The notes beneath the pieces were generated by a model, which was not told the origin of the DNA, did not search any database, and worked only from the letters and a program-made list of their open reading frames with translations. From Haliotis rubra (Eukaryota), in assembly GCF_003918875.1 (NCBI RefSeq), contig NW_025765137.1:186001-250000 (forward strand): a stretch of 64,000 bases of DNA, given 5' to 3'. The translations under genes were made by a program, and so were the position numbers. Positions 1 to 12,368 of the stretch are shown here, piece by piece. Within the stretch, counting starts at the first letter, position 1; each line of letters begins with the position of its first letter.

Positions 1-39
1 ATGTTGATTAAGTGTACGAGAAAAGAAATATAATATGCT

Positions 40-240
40 CCATAACAGACACTTGAAGTGGAACGAGTCTCACTAACAATACACACAGCTTCATGGTCAG
101 CTGACCCCACGTCTCATATCTTGTAGTGGAACGAGTCTTCGTAACAACAATACACACAGTTACATGGTCAACTGACCACAAATGTCCATATCTTGTAGTG
201 GAACGAGTCTTCGCAACAATACACATCGTTGCATGGTGAG
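40..240. repeat. About 70-bp tandem repeat, 3 copies, downstream of the fucosyltransferase
   Basis: cttgtagtggaacgagtct...aacaatacaca recurs near 52, 120 and 192. Confidence 0.75.
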
Positions 241-391
241 ACGATTCAATATAACGTCCACAGTTTGCCGATGATCCAGTCCTTGTAGTCGTGCAAAATC
301 TTCCATCTCAAATGAAACGTCCACATCATTTCAACTGAATACATCGTGAATGTTAAGGCGTCCATGGTGTGCAGGTCAGTCCATCTTCACT

Positions 392-1646
392 TCAGAAATC
401 CGTGGCACTGGAACAGCTATCAGTGTTCCACCATTTATTCACATCATGGTAAGTATTTCCGAATCTCTCTAAATCATGAAGTTTCACACAAATATCACAC
501 AACGATGAATCTAATGTTGACTTCGGATCTGTGATAGTATACTGTGATTTCCGCCTCAATATTTCAGCATATGCCGTATTATTGGAATCTAAATATTTCA
601 AATGATCGGCAAGTTTCTCTGGAGATGAAAAATCGGCTGTGTCGATGTACGTGCCCTTAGGAAGAAGGTTTCCATAGCTGGCCCCACCCCTAACCACGGG
701 GATAATATCCAAACTGTAGCTCCTAAACACCTTTTCTGTCAGGTAGCCTCGACACAGTGAATTCTCAAGCGCCAAATAAAACTTGTATGTCGTTTGTTGT
801 AGATTATTACAGCTGTTAGGTCCGGAGTTTCCACACTTGAGGGGTCCACATCCACCATATATATCAACGCTGATGAATTGCTGGAGTTTTTTCACGTAGT
901 CGTCGCGTTTTGACCGAGCATTGCAATGACTTACCAACCACATGACGGGTTTACTTTTCTTCTCAGTGATCGACTGAAAATCTCGAACATCCGCTGTTGG
1001 TTTAGGCAGGAGCACGAAATACGGGCATACAATATCGGAGTCATATCTGAACGTCATCGTCCAATTAAACCGATCATTCCATCTATTGAAGTCCCATGGA
1101 GCCTCGTGTGCAAAAAATATCCACATCTGATTGGCTGGTTTTGGTGGTGGAGTATCATTATCAATCGACAGGACATAAAAGACGACAGCATCGGCTTGAG
1201 GGAGAAGTTTATGGTCACCTGATAATCTACAATTTTGCAATCGGCAGTTCTCCAAACTGTCCTTGTACCTCGTCTCAAACGTATGCCATGAAGGCATGTT
1301 GTATATAATGATCAGTTTCTCGTCTGTCTTATTTTGTGTGAATATTTTTTCAACGCCCGTGAGATTATAACGTGTCTTCTGGCGAAATTTGTCATTTGGG
1401 AACTGCAACACAGGGGACAGGAAATATGGGTGGTTGTCCTCGCCGTTTGGCCATACAAGAAGCGATGATGTGTCATTTTCGAACCTTGAAATCGAAGAAA
1501 CCATACTTGAATACGAGGCAAGTCGTCTGGGACGCTTTGACTTTTCTGTTTGCTCTGAAGACGTTTGTGAGCGTGCTCCATATTAGAAACACACACAAGA
1601 CTGCGGATGTCCAGAACAATAGACGTCTGTTTCTCCGGCATACCAT
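392..1646 (-). CDS. Alpha-1,3-fucosyltransferase (GT10), type II Golgi membrane protein; single coding exon, frameshifted between TM anchor and catalytic domain as assembled
   Basis: ORF 392-1504 has the GT10 motifs ADAVVF, QMWIFFAHEAP, FNWTMTFRYDSDIVCPY, WLVSHC..R..Y...L...VDIYGGCG, YKFYLALENSLCRGYLTEK, IPVVRG, YIDTADFSSPEKLA and LCDIC. An overlapping frame from ATG 1646 (MVCRRNRRLLFWTSAVLCVFLIWS) supplies the basic tail plus signal anchor and is preceded by an acceptor-like gtttcag|ATG. Confidence 0.9.
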
Positions 1647-1676
1647 CTGAAACATCACGAAATTCATGTAATTATA

Positions 1677-2059
1677 TACTACCCATCAAAAGTTTAGACT
1701 CACTTAAAGCACTCACTATATGGTATGTATATACCTATGGTTACATCGAAGATGAATTTCTCCACTAACTTGGGGGAAACAACTGAAAACCTTATGCAGA
1801 TGAATTGCACGAGGATCATGCATCACATTGCTGTAAAGCATGTGCAAATATCATGCATGTGAACAGATGCGTTTTGGTGTAAAATTTTGTTACGAATTCA
1901 ACTCATGACAATCTTTTCAACGTTACAAACGTGTTTTACAATACATCAGTTCATGAGTAAACAGTACCTTACAACAGTATGCAAAATTTATTATAGAACA
2001 GTTGACTTAAGTAAATGGTTACATTTACACTAATGAGTCTAAACTTTTGATGGGGAGTA
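1677..2059. mobile_element. Tc1/mariner-type MITE
   Basis: 26-bp TIRs TACTACCCATCAAAAGTTTAGACTCA / TGAGTCTAAACTTTTGATGGGGAGTA (1 mismatch), flanked by TA on both sides. Confidence 0.85.
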
Positions 2060-2069
2060 TATATAGTTT

Positions 2070-2343
2070 GCGATCTGAAAGCAGATTCTTTTTGAAAACT
2101 CCTTCTTATAGACTGGCCTCTTATGGAAAGCGTTCTTTCAGTGGTTGTGCTCCATCGCTGTGGAATGAACTGCCCCTCGCCTTATAACTGTCCCCATCTT
2201 TTGCTGCGTTCAAATCACATCTTAAAACGCATCTCTTTTCACTGCACTATTAACTCTATTCAAACATTATTATTATTTTGTAGCGCTTCGAGCACCCACT
2301 TAGTGGTTGGATTTAGCGCTATATAAAATTTCCAGTATTATTA
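2070..2343 (+). mobile_element. 3' end of an L2/CR1-group LINE
   Basis: Translates as ...YGKRSFSGCAPSLWNELP...FAAFKSHLKTHLF (typical ORF2 C-terminus), followed by AGCGCT...AGCGCTATATAAAA and a (TAT)n tail. Confidence 0.8.
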
Positions 2344-2384
2344 TCTGGTGAGCTGCAATGTACAAGATTTTTGTACAGTGAAGT

Positions 2385-2515
2385 ACCTGCACGTGTTGTG
2401 TCGGCGGGTAGGGGTGGAGTAGGGAATGGGTAGAGTAGGGTAAGGGTTGGATGGGGGTGGGCGGGTTCGAACCACCGACCTCCCGTTCTACGGGGTGACG
2501 CTTTATCCACAAGAC
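2385..2515 (-). mobile_element. tRNA-headed SINE fragment
   Basis: Minus strand reads GTGGATAAAGCG...GGTTCGAACCC (A/B-box-like). Confidence 0.5.
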
Positions 2516-2613
2516 CTCATATTCTGTAAGTTTATCCTGAACATGGCGGACAAGGGATCAAACTTCACATCCTATGCAATGTAAGCCTCATGAAGATCGT
2601 GCCACATGAAATG

Positions 2614-2775
2614 GTGAGTGAGTTTAGTTTTACGCCGCTTTTAGCAATATTCCAGCAATATCACGGCGGGGGAAGCCAGAAATGGGCTACACATTGTACC
2701 CATGTGGGGGGCATCGAACCCGGGTCTCCGGAATGACAAGCGAACGCTTTAACCACTAGGCTACCCCACCGCCCC
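2614..2775 (-). mobile_element. SINE family A (tRNA-derived, about 165 bp)
   Basis: Sense GGGGCGGTGGGGTAGCCTAGTGG (A box)...GGTTCGATTCC (B box)...GCTGGAATATTGCTAAAAGCGGCGTAAAAC + (ACTC)n. Further partial or degenerate copies near 3133, 9599, 10112, 11499, 14160, 15828, 16510, 27066, 29741, 35231, 35916, 36100, 37836, 38071, 40816, 43739, 46099, 50059, 56887, 58347 and 63695. Confidence 0.9.
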
Positions 2776-4614
2776 CTCATGAGATGGAGGAAGTGATGAA
2801 AGTCCGTGTTGTATTGGCGATATATTGGGGAGAATATCATGTCTGAAAACTTGTTTTTGTGATCTAAGTTCACCGCCACTTTAAAAATATTCAGGTAAAT
2901 AACGGTGTGTCAAAGTGGAAGGACAGTCTGATGTTTACCTATTTGATGGAAACAATGACAGGAAAGGTGATAACACTAGCACATTCTAAAATAGGAACTT
3001 AAAGTCATTATCACCGAATCCTGGCACCACTAAGGGGCGCAACGAAAACATGACGGTTATACAACAACCACTAGGAAACGTTAATCGGTACAAACAACTA
3101 CGAAGCTAAAATTTAATTGTTCTTAAACATTTGGTAGCCTAGTGGTTAAAGCGTTCGCTCGTCACGCCAAAGGCCCGGTTTCGATTCCCCACACATGTGA
3201 AACGCATTTCTGATGTCCCCCGCCACGATATTGCTGGAATATTACTGAAGGCGGCCTAAAACCATACTCACTCACTGTTACTTTCACAGTAAGTGTCCAG
3301 TTACAATAAACGTACAGTTACATGTTTTCAAAATACATTCATTAATAAATTAAACTGTATTTAATACGTAAAAGCTGAAAGATAGTATCTAATTACATAA
3401 ACATCAGAGTATGAAATAAATCTTGACGTTTTCACCAAAAACAGTTTTGGGAGCATACATAAAATCCTCGCCTCTCCGTGGCGGTTCCCATATAGAGTTT
3501 AATCTATATACAAGGGCTTCCCGCCAGCGGGTCAACCCTCAACTCGTTACCATGGTTACAGGCTTGCCAGTTCGTTAGCTGAATATCCAGACAGTCCTGC
3601 TGTCGACAACTGTACATACAACGTTACGGGGTTTATGGATACATTCACATGTTCGGCTCGTGTTGTCTTACTCGGCAATATTAATTCCGGCTGTTGTGAA
3701 CAATCCATTCCTTACAGGGCAAATAATCCAGAGTATGTCACCTAACAATATAGCACACGGTACGTCAGAGCCATATCTAAGAAGACCGAGACTCGCGATC
3801 TCGCTTCCTCCAACGAGAAAGGTTGCATCGCGCCTATTCCACAGTATTCGCGACTGGGGAGGCCCGTGTCTGGCGTTACCGCTGTGACGTAATACCACGT
3901 GACCCAGGTAACAAGACTGTAAGCACGATGGTCGGTCCCTTTTCTGCCACCGACTCTTGTGCTTATTATTAGACCCACGCTACTTGAGGAAAAAACGTCA
4001 TCGCGGGATTGTTGACATGCGTGATCTGGACTAACAATGTCCGGGTTAACAGCACTGTACCTGTGAAGTAATCTCCAACACCTCGGACAAAACAGCATAA
4101 GCACCAAGGAATCAAGTTCTGAGCTGGCGGGGAATATTATATTATACACGATCTGGTCCATCAACGCTTGTGGCGTAATGCATGTTCAGGGCACGTTTTG
4201 CGATAAATACGATCTTGTCTGGAGTCAATATGGAGAAAGGAAGAGTTTTATAATTATTGTTTTCGCACCGTGCCATGAGCATCTTTTAGCCATAACTAAC
4301 CAATGTTAACGAAGATTAATGACAATTAACGAAGATTAAGGGCAATCATTACAAGGCTAGCGAGAAACCTGCCTGAGCGATATGCAGTATTATGCGCATC
4401 AACAATCACTTTCATGTAATGTCGAAATTGATCCAAACCTGATCCCAGTGAGAATAAATTATCCATCAAAACCACCTGAGTAATATTGAATGGGTAATCA
4501 TGTCAGCAGATTGTCCGTTTACAGGCTGCGCGCTCATTGAAGCCCAGGTATTAGGTAATTTACCATACAGTAACTTGTTCAAGCAAAAGCCGCTGTGAGA
4601 ACTCTGCAGATAGA

Positions 4615-4858
4615 GTGAGTGAGTTTAGTTTTAAACCGCACTCAGCAATATTCCAGCTATATGGCGGCGGTTTGTACATACTCGAGTCTGGACCAGACAA
4701 TCCAGTGATCAACAACATGAACATCGATCTGCGCAATTGTGAACCGATGACATGTGTCAACCAAGTCAGCGAGCCTGACCACCTGATCCCGTTAGTCGCC
4801 TCTTACGACAACCATAGGTTACTGAAGGCCAATATTCTAACCCGGGCCTTCATGGGTC
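4615..4858 (-). mobile_element. Retroposon family B (about 245 bp, no tRNA head)
   Basis: Sense GACCC(G/A)TGAAG...ATGCTTGTCGTAAGAGGCGACTAA...GCTGGAATATTGCTGAGTGCGG + (ACTC)n; TSD TCTGCAGATAGA. Partial copies near 12560, 22790, 34690, 40563, 50255, 56130, 59720, 61888 and 62915. Confidence 0.9.
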
Positions 4859-4870
4859 TCTGCAGATAGA

Positions 4871-5032
4871 GTGAGTGAGTTGGGTTTTACGCCGCTTTTA
4901 GCAACATTCCAGCAACATCACGGCGAGGGACACCAGAAATGGGCTGCACACATTGTACCGATGTGGGGATTCGAACCCGGGTCTTCGGCGTGACGAGCCA
5001 ACGCTTTAACCACTAGGCTACCCCACCGCACC
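4871..5032 (-). mobile_element. SINE family A
   Basis: Near full-length match to the family. Confidence 0.9.
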
Positions 5033-5394
5033 TCGCTTCATACATATCACACGCTGTGTAGTGCAACTCACTCACTCACTCACATCTCTGTAACAATGGT
5101 GTGCTGAACAAATCGTGCTCAAAAGCGACATTTATTATACAGTTTATTTTTTAATCAACACTGTGACAGCTGCCGAGGTATTTAATAACCAAGGTTATTA
5201 TTCCTAATGAAAACATGTAAAAATGACACGGATACAAGGGACAAGGTGTCCTAGCAACAACATCACGTGATAGCAGCAGGTGTGCGGTCGTAATTTTTAC
5301 TGATAGCAAAAACATGGGTAACAATGACAAAGCTGGAAATTTGATTTAAACAGTTTGTATCAATATGTCATTGCATATTTTTCATCATTACTAA

Positions 5395-5566
5395 GACTGA
5401 CTGAATGACTGACTGAGTTTGCTTTTACGCCGCAGCAATATTCCAGCAACATCACGGCGGGGGACACCAGAAATGGGCTTCACACATTGTACCCATGTGG
5501 GGATTCGAACCCGGGTCTTCGGCGTGACGAGCCAACGCTTTAACCATTAGGCTACCCCACCGCCCC
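5395..5566 (-). mobile_element. SINE family A
   Basis: Full length, (GACT)n tail; abuts the 32-bp satellite. Confidence 0.9.
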
Positions 5567-5575
5567 TCATTACAT

Positions 5576-8500
5576 CACGCATCTTGTTAAGGATTTCGAA
5601 GAAGGGACGCGCACCTTGTTAAGGATTTCTAAGAAGAGACACGCACCATGTTAAGGATTTCTACGAAAGGACGCGCACCTTGTTAAGGATTTCTACGAAG
5701 AGACACGCATCTTGTTAAGGATTACTACGAAGGGACACGCACCTTGTTAAGGATTTCTAAGAAGGGACACGCATCTTGTTAAGGATTTCTAAGAAGGGAC
5801 GCGCACCTTGTTAAGGATTTCTAAGAAGGGACACGCATCTTGTTAAGGATTTCTAAGAAGGGACACGCATCTTGTTTAGGATTTCTAAGAAGGGACATGC
5901 ATCTTGTTAAGGATTTCTAAGAAGGGACACGCATCTTGTTAAGGATTTCTAAGAAGGGACACGCATCTTGTTTAGGATTTCTAAGAAGGGACATGCATCT
6001 TGTTAAGGATTTCTAAGAAGGGACACGCATCTTGTTAAGGATTTCTAAGAAGGGACACGCATCTTGTTTAGGATTTCTAAGAAAGGACACGCATCTTGTT
6101 AAGGATTTCTAAGAAGGGACGCGCACCTTGTTAAGGATTTCTAAGAAGGGACACGCATCTTGTTAAGGATTTCTAAGAAGGGACGCGCATCTTGTTAAGG
6201 ATTTCTAAGAAGGGACACGCACCTTGTTAAGGATTTCTTAGAAGGGACACGCATCTTGTTAAGGATTTCTAAGAAGGGACACGCTCCTTGTTAAGGATTA
6301 CTAAGAAGGGACAGGCATCTTGTTAAGGACTACTAAGAAGGAGCACACACCTTGTTAAGGATTACTAAGAAACGACACGCACCTTGTTAAGGATTTCTAA
6401 GAAGGGACACGCATCTTGTTAAGGATTTCTAAGAAGGGACACGCTCCTTGTTAAGGATTACTAAGAAGGGACACGCATCTTGTTAAGGATTTTTAAGAAG
6501 GGACACGCATCTTGATAAGGATTTCTAAGAAGGGACGCGCACCTTGTTAAGGATTTCTAAGAAGGGACACGCATCTTGTTTAGGATTTCTAAGAAGGGAC
6601 ACGCATCTTGTTAAGGATTTCTAAGAAGGGACGCGCACCTTGTTAAGGATTTCTTAGAAGGGACACGCATCTTGTTAAGGATTTCTAAGAAGGGACACGC
6701 TCCTTGTTAAGGATTACTAAGAAGGGACAGGCATCTTGTTAAGGACTACTAAGAAGGAGCACACACCTTGTTAAGGATTACTAAGAAACGACACGCATCT
6801 TGTTAAGGATTTCTAAGAAGGGACACGCATTTTGAAAAGGATTTCTGAGAAGGGACACGCACCTTCTTAAGGATAAATAGGAGTGCCCACGCATCTTGTT
6901 AAGGATTACTAAGAAGGCGACACGCATCTTGTTAAGGATTACTACGAAAGGACACGCACCTTGTTAAGGATTACTAAGAAGAGACACGCATCTTGTTAAG
7001 GATTACTACGAAAGGACACGCACCTTGTTAAGGATTTCTAAGAAGGGACGCGCACCTTGTTAAGGATTTCTAAGAAGGGACACGCATCTTGTTAAGGATT
7101 TCTAAGAAGGGACGCGCATCTTGTTAAGGATTTCTAAGAAGGGACACGCACCTTGTTAAGGATTTCTTAGAAGGGACACGCATCTTGTTAAGGATTACTA
7201 AGAGCGACCACGCTCCTTGTTAAGGATTTCTAAGAAGGGTTACGTACTTGTTAAGGATTACTACGAAAGGACACGCACCTTGTTAAGGATTACTAAGAAG
7301 GGACACGCACCATGTTAAGGATTTCTAAGAAGGGACGCGCACCTTGTTAAGGATTTCTACGAATGGACACGCACCTTGTTAAGGATTACTAAGAAGAGAC
7401 ACGCATCTTGTTAAGGGTTACTACGAAGGGACACGCACCTTGTTAAGGATTTCTAAGAAGGGACACGCATCTTGTTAAGGATTTCTAAGAAGGGACGCGC
7501 GCCTTGTTAAGGCTTTCTAAGAAGGGACACGCATCTTGTTAAGGATTTCTAAGAAGGGACACGCATCTTGTTTATGGATTTCTAAGAAGGGACATGCATC
7601 TTGTTAAGGATTTCTAAGAAGGGACACGCATCTTGTTAAGGATTTCTAAGAAGGGACACGCATCTTGTTTAGGATTTCTAAGAAGGGACACGCATCTTGT
7701 TAAGGATTTCTAAGAAGGGACGCGCACCTTGTTAAGGATTTCTAAGAAGGGACGCGCACCTTGTTAAGGATTTCTAAGAAGGGACACGCATCTTGTTAAG
7801 GATTTCTAAGAAGGGACGCGCATCTTGTTAAGGATTTCTAAGAAGGGACACGCACCTTGTTAAGGATTTCTTAGAAGGGGCACGCATCTTGTTAAGGATT
7901 TCTAAGAAGGGACACGCTCCTTGTTAAGGATTACTAAGAAGGGACAGGCATCTTGTTAAGGACTACTAAGAAGGAGCACACACCTTGTTAAGGATTACTA
8001 AGAAACGACACGCATCTTGATAAGGATTTCTAAGAAGGGACGCGCACCTTGTTAAGGATTTCTAAGAAGGGACACGCATCTTGTTAAGGATTTCTAAGAA
8101 GGGACGCGCATCTTGTTAAGGATTTCTAAGAAGGGACACGCACCTTGTTAAGGATTTCTTAGAAGGGACACGCATCTTGTTAAGGATTTCTAAGAAGGGA
8201 CACGCTCCTTGTTAAGGATTACTAAGAAGGGACACGCATCTTGTTAAGGACTACTAAGAAGGAGCACACACCTAGTTAAGGATTACTAAGAAACGACACG
8301 CATCTTGTTAAGGATTTCTAAGAAGGGACACGCATTTTGAAAAGGATTTCTGAGAAGGGACACGCACCTTCTTAAGGATAAATAGGAGTGCCCACGCATC
8401 TTGTTAAGGATTACTAAGAAGGCGACACGCATCTTGTTAAGGATTACTACGCAAGGACACGCACCTTGTTAAGGATTACTAAGAAGAGACACGCATCTTG

Positions 8501-9018
8501 TTAAGGATTACTACGAAAGGACACGCACCTTGTTAAGGATTTCTAAGAAGGGACGCGCACCTTGTTAAGGATTTCTAAGAAGGGACACGCATCTTGTTAA
8601 GGATTTCTAAGAAGGGACACGCATCTTGTTAAGGATTACTAAGAGCGACCACGCACCTTGTTAAGGATTTCTTAGAAGGGACACGCATCTTGTTATGGAT
8701 TACTAAGAGCGACCACGCTCCTTGTTAAGGATTTCTAAGAAGGGTTACGTACTTGTTAAGGATTACTACGAAAGGACACGCACCTTGTTAAGGATTACTA
8801 AGAAGGGACACGCATCTTGTTAAGGATTACTAAGAAGGGACACACATCTTGTTAAGGATTACTAAGAAGGGACACGCATCTTGTTTAGGATAATTAAGAA
8901 GGAACACGCATCTTGTTTAGGATTATTAAGAATGACCACGCTCCTTGTTAAGGATTTCTAAGAAGGGTAACGTACTTGTTAAGGATAACCAGTAAGTGTC
9001 ACGCGCCTTGTGAAGGAC
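5576..9018. repeat. 32-bp satellite, about 107 units, with higher-order repeats
   Basis: Consensus GGGACACGCATCTTGTTAAGGATTTCTAAGAA; diagnostic variants recur at 416-bp and about 1505-bp spacing. Confidence 0.97.
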
Positions 9019-9349
9019 CTATCAATTACATGGACCATTTTGCATATTCAATACCGGCTGTAGGCATATGTCGATATTGACCACCTGGGCCTAAAATCCA
9101 TATCAGCTTTATTGCCCGGCTACTAAACTGGTACGTTATAAATACATACAAACGCTCGAAACTTCAATAGGCGGAGCCTAGTTTAGTTACGTTCCTTGAT
9201 GTTGAATATGATAAAAAGGTTATGGTATGACAGTTTTCCTTTCGCAATGCAGTGGGTTCGGCTCTCGGGTTGATATGGTAGCCTCGGGCTGATATGACTG
9301 GCGAAAGGAAAACTGTCATGTAATTATAATTATTACAATATCATATATT

Positions 9350-9840
9350 ACAGCGACCACTGGACCGTGTTCATAATAACATGGCAGCCGTTGGACCTTG
9401 TTTTAACATGGAGTGTCCATAGACTCTTATTACGTCATCTAAAAGAGCGGGCAATGGACCCTTGCATGATAACGTAGAGAGGTCATCGGACCTTTTCTAA
9501 TAATGCAGAGCATCCATTGGCCCTTTTCATGCCAATGTAGACGGGACACCTGTCCTTTCCATGATCACAGAAAGCGACCATAAGCCCTAATGCACATTGT
9601 GAGTTTAGTTTTACGCCGCTTTGATATTCCAACAATATCACGGCGGGGTCACCAGAAATGGGCTCACACACTGTACCCAAGTGGGGAATCGAACCCGGGT
9701 CTTCGGGTAACAAGCGAACGCTTTAACCACTATGCTACCCATCGCCCCAAATGTATAGAAGCTATTGGACCTTTGTCATGGCAACGTAGAACGGCCATCT
9801 TTTCATGGTAATGTAGAATGGCTATCCGCCCTTTTCGTGA
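9350..9840. repeat. Degenerate about 33-bp tandem repeat interrupted by a SINE
   Basis: Recurrent ttggacc(c/t)tt..catg..aacgtaga units on both sides of the SINE at 9599-9748. Confidence 0.55.
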
Positions 9841-11114
9841 TATCCATTAGGATATGTCATATGCACCGTCAACTAGGTTTAGGATGAAGCGTTTGAACAA
9901 ACCACCCTTTCATGTTTAAACGTTTAGATTGCACAATTGGCGTTATAAACGGGTACAGACTTCAACAAGACGCGGTATATATGAACTTGACAACAAAACT
10001 GTATACTGACATCGGACACACGACACGGCAAATCCACGAGATAATTAAATTTAGATTCCACCGCTGGACGGATTTAACTGACGATTTACGAATGTTACTG
10101 CTTGACACTGGAGGCGGTTCGCTAGCCTACTAGCTAAAGCGTGGAAGTTAAAGATTCCTGACTGGGTTCTACACGTGAAGCCCATTTCTGGTGTACCCAT
10201 AGTGGATACTAAACGACCTTCCGTGTAATACCATTTTTATTAAACGAGTTAAAGATTTGGTATCAAACGAGCGAAAGCGAGTTTAGTATTCTGTTTATTA
10301 CTCGCGTATAATGGCGTAGACTTCCCCTTCTGAGGATCAGGAGGCTGACAGGGGGTATACGGAGGAGGGTGCTGGCTGGAGGTTCAACTTGGTATTGACC
10401 TTGACTCGTGTCAGACAAGCAAAATGTTCACATTCACCAATAAATTCAACATTAAACATTCTAGGACCAGACTTGAACAGACATGTTTTTGCATAAAAGT
10501 GTTGATGTTTATTTTAAAATGATCAATTATCATCATAAAAATCAACATGGTTTCCAATCATTTTGTCGTTTTTCTATGAGTCAAAGGATCATGCGGTTCA
10601 GGAAAAACATCGTAGTCACCACGAGAAGGTTTATGAAAGCGTTAAAAACCTATCACTGCACATATACAGGGTGTGGTTAATTCAGTTCTTTGTGTATATT
10701 ATTGACTTGCATGAGCTGTATTGGATACCCTGTTTCTAGGTCGATATATGACAAACAGGACTTGACATCTGTTACCGTGTGCTTGTTCCCTCACAGACTA
10801 ACGCTCTCATCCCTCGATGAAAACACAAATAAATCTCCATTTAACTTGAAAAACAGCCCCAGAGATTCAGAACGTTTGCATTACACACAGTGCTGTGATA
10901 ATCGTATGGTTTGGGCCATGATTAAGGTACTGGAATTCCACTGACTACTGTAAAATATCCAAAACGAGCCTTTTATAGACTGTGTCCTTTGTACATTTTA
11001 ACCACGCATGGTGCAGGACTAGGTCCAAGGCTTATGCCTCACCTTGTGTTTGAACATTAAGCGTGTCAGATGTAAATGGTACAAAAACTTCCTGACCGCG
11101 TCACCCGACGCAAT

Positions 11115-11446
11115 GAGGTGAGGTGAAATTGGGTTTAACGTCGTGCTTGAGAATATTTTGCTCATATGACGACGTGCATGCGTGTGTACGTGTAGCTGCT
11201 TGTACTAGCCCAGATTTAAGCTGGTTTTATAGTGCTAGCCCACTGAGATACCATGCCGCAGTGAAGCATGAATACCCCACTCAGACACATTATACTGACT
11301 CCGAGCCGACCAGTCCTTGTTGTACCCATCATTGCCGAGCACCAGGCAGGGACCAACAAGTACCATATTTTAACGTCTTTTGGTATGACGCGGTCGGGGA
11401 TCGCTCTCTGGGCGGACGCTCTACCCACTACACCACGGAGGCGGTC
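11115..11446 (-). mobile_element. tRNA-headed SINE with Meta/MESC-like and Deu/Nin-like central domains
   Basis: Minus strand: GGTGTAGTGG head, CGCGTCATACCAAAAGACGTTAAAATATGGTAC core, GTCAGTATAATGTGTCTGAGTGG...GCTAGCACTATAAAA; 11-bp TSD CCCGACGCAAT (11104-11114, 11447-11457). Domain names are from memory of mollusc SINEs. Confidence 0.75.
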
Positions 11447-12187
11447 CCCGACGCAATTAGCGGACAGCCACCAGTGTTCTTTCTTTGTACACCGTTAGTG
11501 TGAAGCCCATTTATGGTGTCCCCCGCCGTGATACAACTTGAATAATGCCAAAAGCGGCGTAAATCTAACCCAACTCACTCACTTGTTAATACCGTTAACA
11601 ATTCGCCATGAAACATCAAAAACACTACAATATATAACAATCTCTCTTTTAATCCCTCAGAACAGTAATGTTCATCCCTTTAGCTTTGCCTCAGATGATA
11701 GTGCATGATATTATAAACCCAGGAAGTTACGCGCACCTTAGTCTCTCGTACAGACCCTGAAGCAAATATATCCAAGAAAGCCCATGCAAATCTAGAAAAT
11801 GTGGCAAGTCTAGATTTCCTCAGCTGAAAATGAAGAAAGTCTGAGGGCTCCTTTTTATTATATATATATTTTTTTACTATGAACGTTTTTTTCAGTAAAA
11901 TATGTTCATTTCAGAGACTAGTTGTTAGTCTACGCGCACCTAAACGGGATACATTTCTGTCAAGGAAAAGCAGGGTTGCATAAACTACTCACCCTTATTC
12001 ATATGTTATTCGAGATGTTATGACCACTGTGCCCCACGTACGCTGCCCCCTGACTGTTCGAGATACTCCAGTGATGACACAGCGGAAACCCGACACAGAA
12101 GCACAACATCACGATGTTGAGCCGAATGAGGGCGTTATGCTCTCTCTGTCACGTGACCTCCTCTCGCTCGATCAGTTAAAGCTCGCC

Positions 12188-12368
12188 CATCCTCGATAAT
12201 GTCCGGTGTATACGTTACAAGAGTGATTGTAACGTATACCCTGGAGCACAGGGGCGTGTCACGCTATCCTTTTATATAGTACTAGGGTAGGGTCTATATA
12301 CCTATATGTCTTTCTAACGCTGTTTCTAAGCGTGACACGCCCCTGTGCCCTGGAGATTATCGAGGATG
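12188..12368. mobile_element. Hairpin MITE with 9-bp TSD, carrying a nested MITE
   Basis: TIR CATCCTCGATAAT / ATTATCGAGGATG; TSD AAGCTCGCC (12179-12187, 12369-12377). Confidence 0.9.
12247..12347. mobile_element. 101-bp MITE with 8-bp TSD (hAT- or P-like), nested in the previous element
   Basis: TIR CACAGGGGCGTGTCACGCT / AGCGTGACACGCCCCTGTG; TSD CCCTGGAG (12239-12246, 12348-12355). Confidence 0.88.

Noticed and set aside
4560-4869. Recurrent short ORFs such as MLMLLITGLSGPD and MCEAHFWCPP
   Set aside because: They are translations of family A and B repeats.
5576-9018. CRISPR-like array (32-bp partly palindromic repeat)
   Set aside because: Units are head-to-tail with no unique spacers, there are no cas genes, and the context is eukaryotic.
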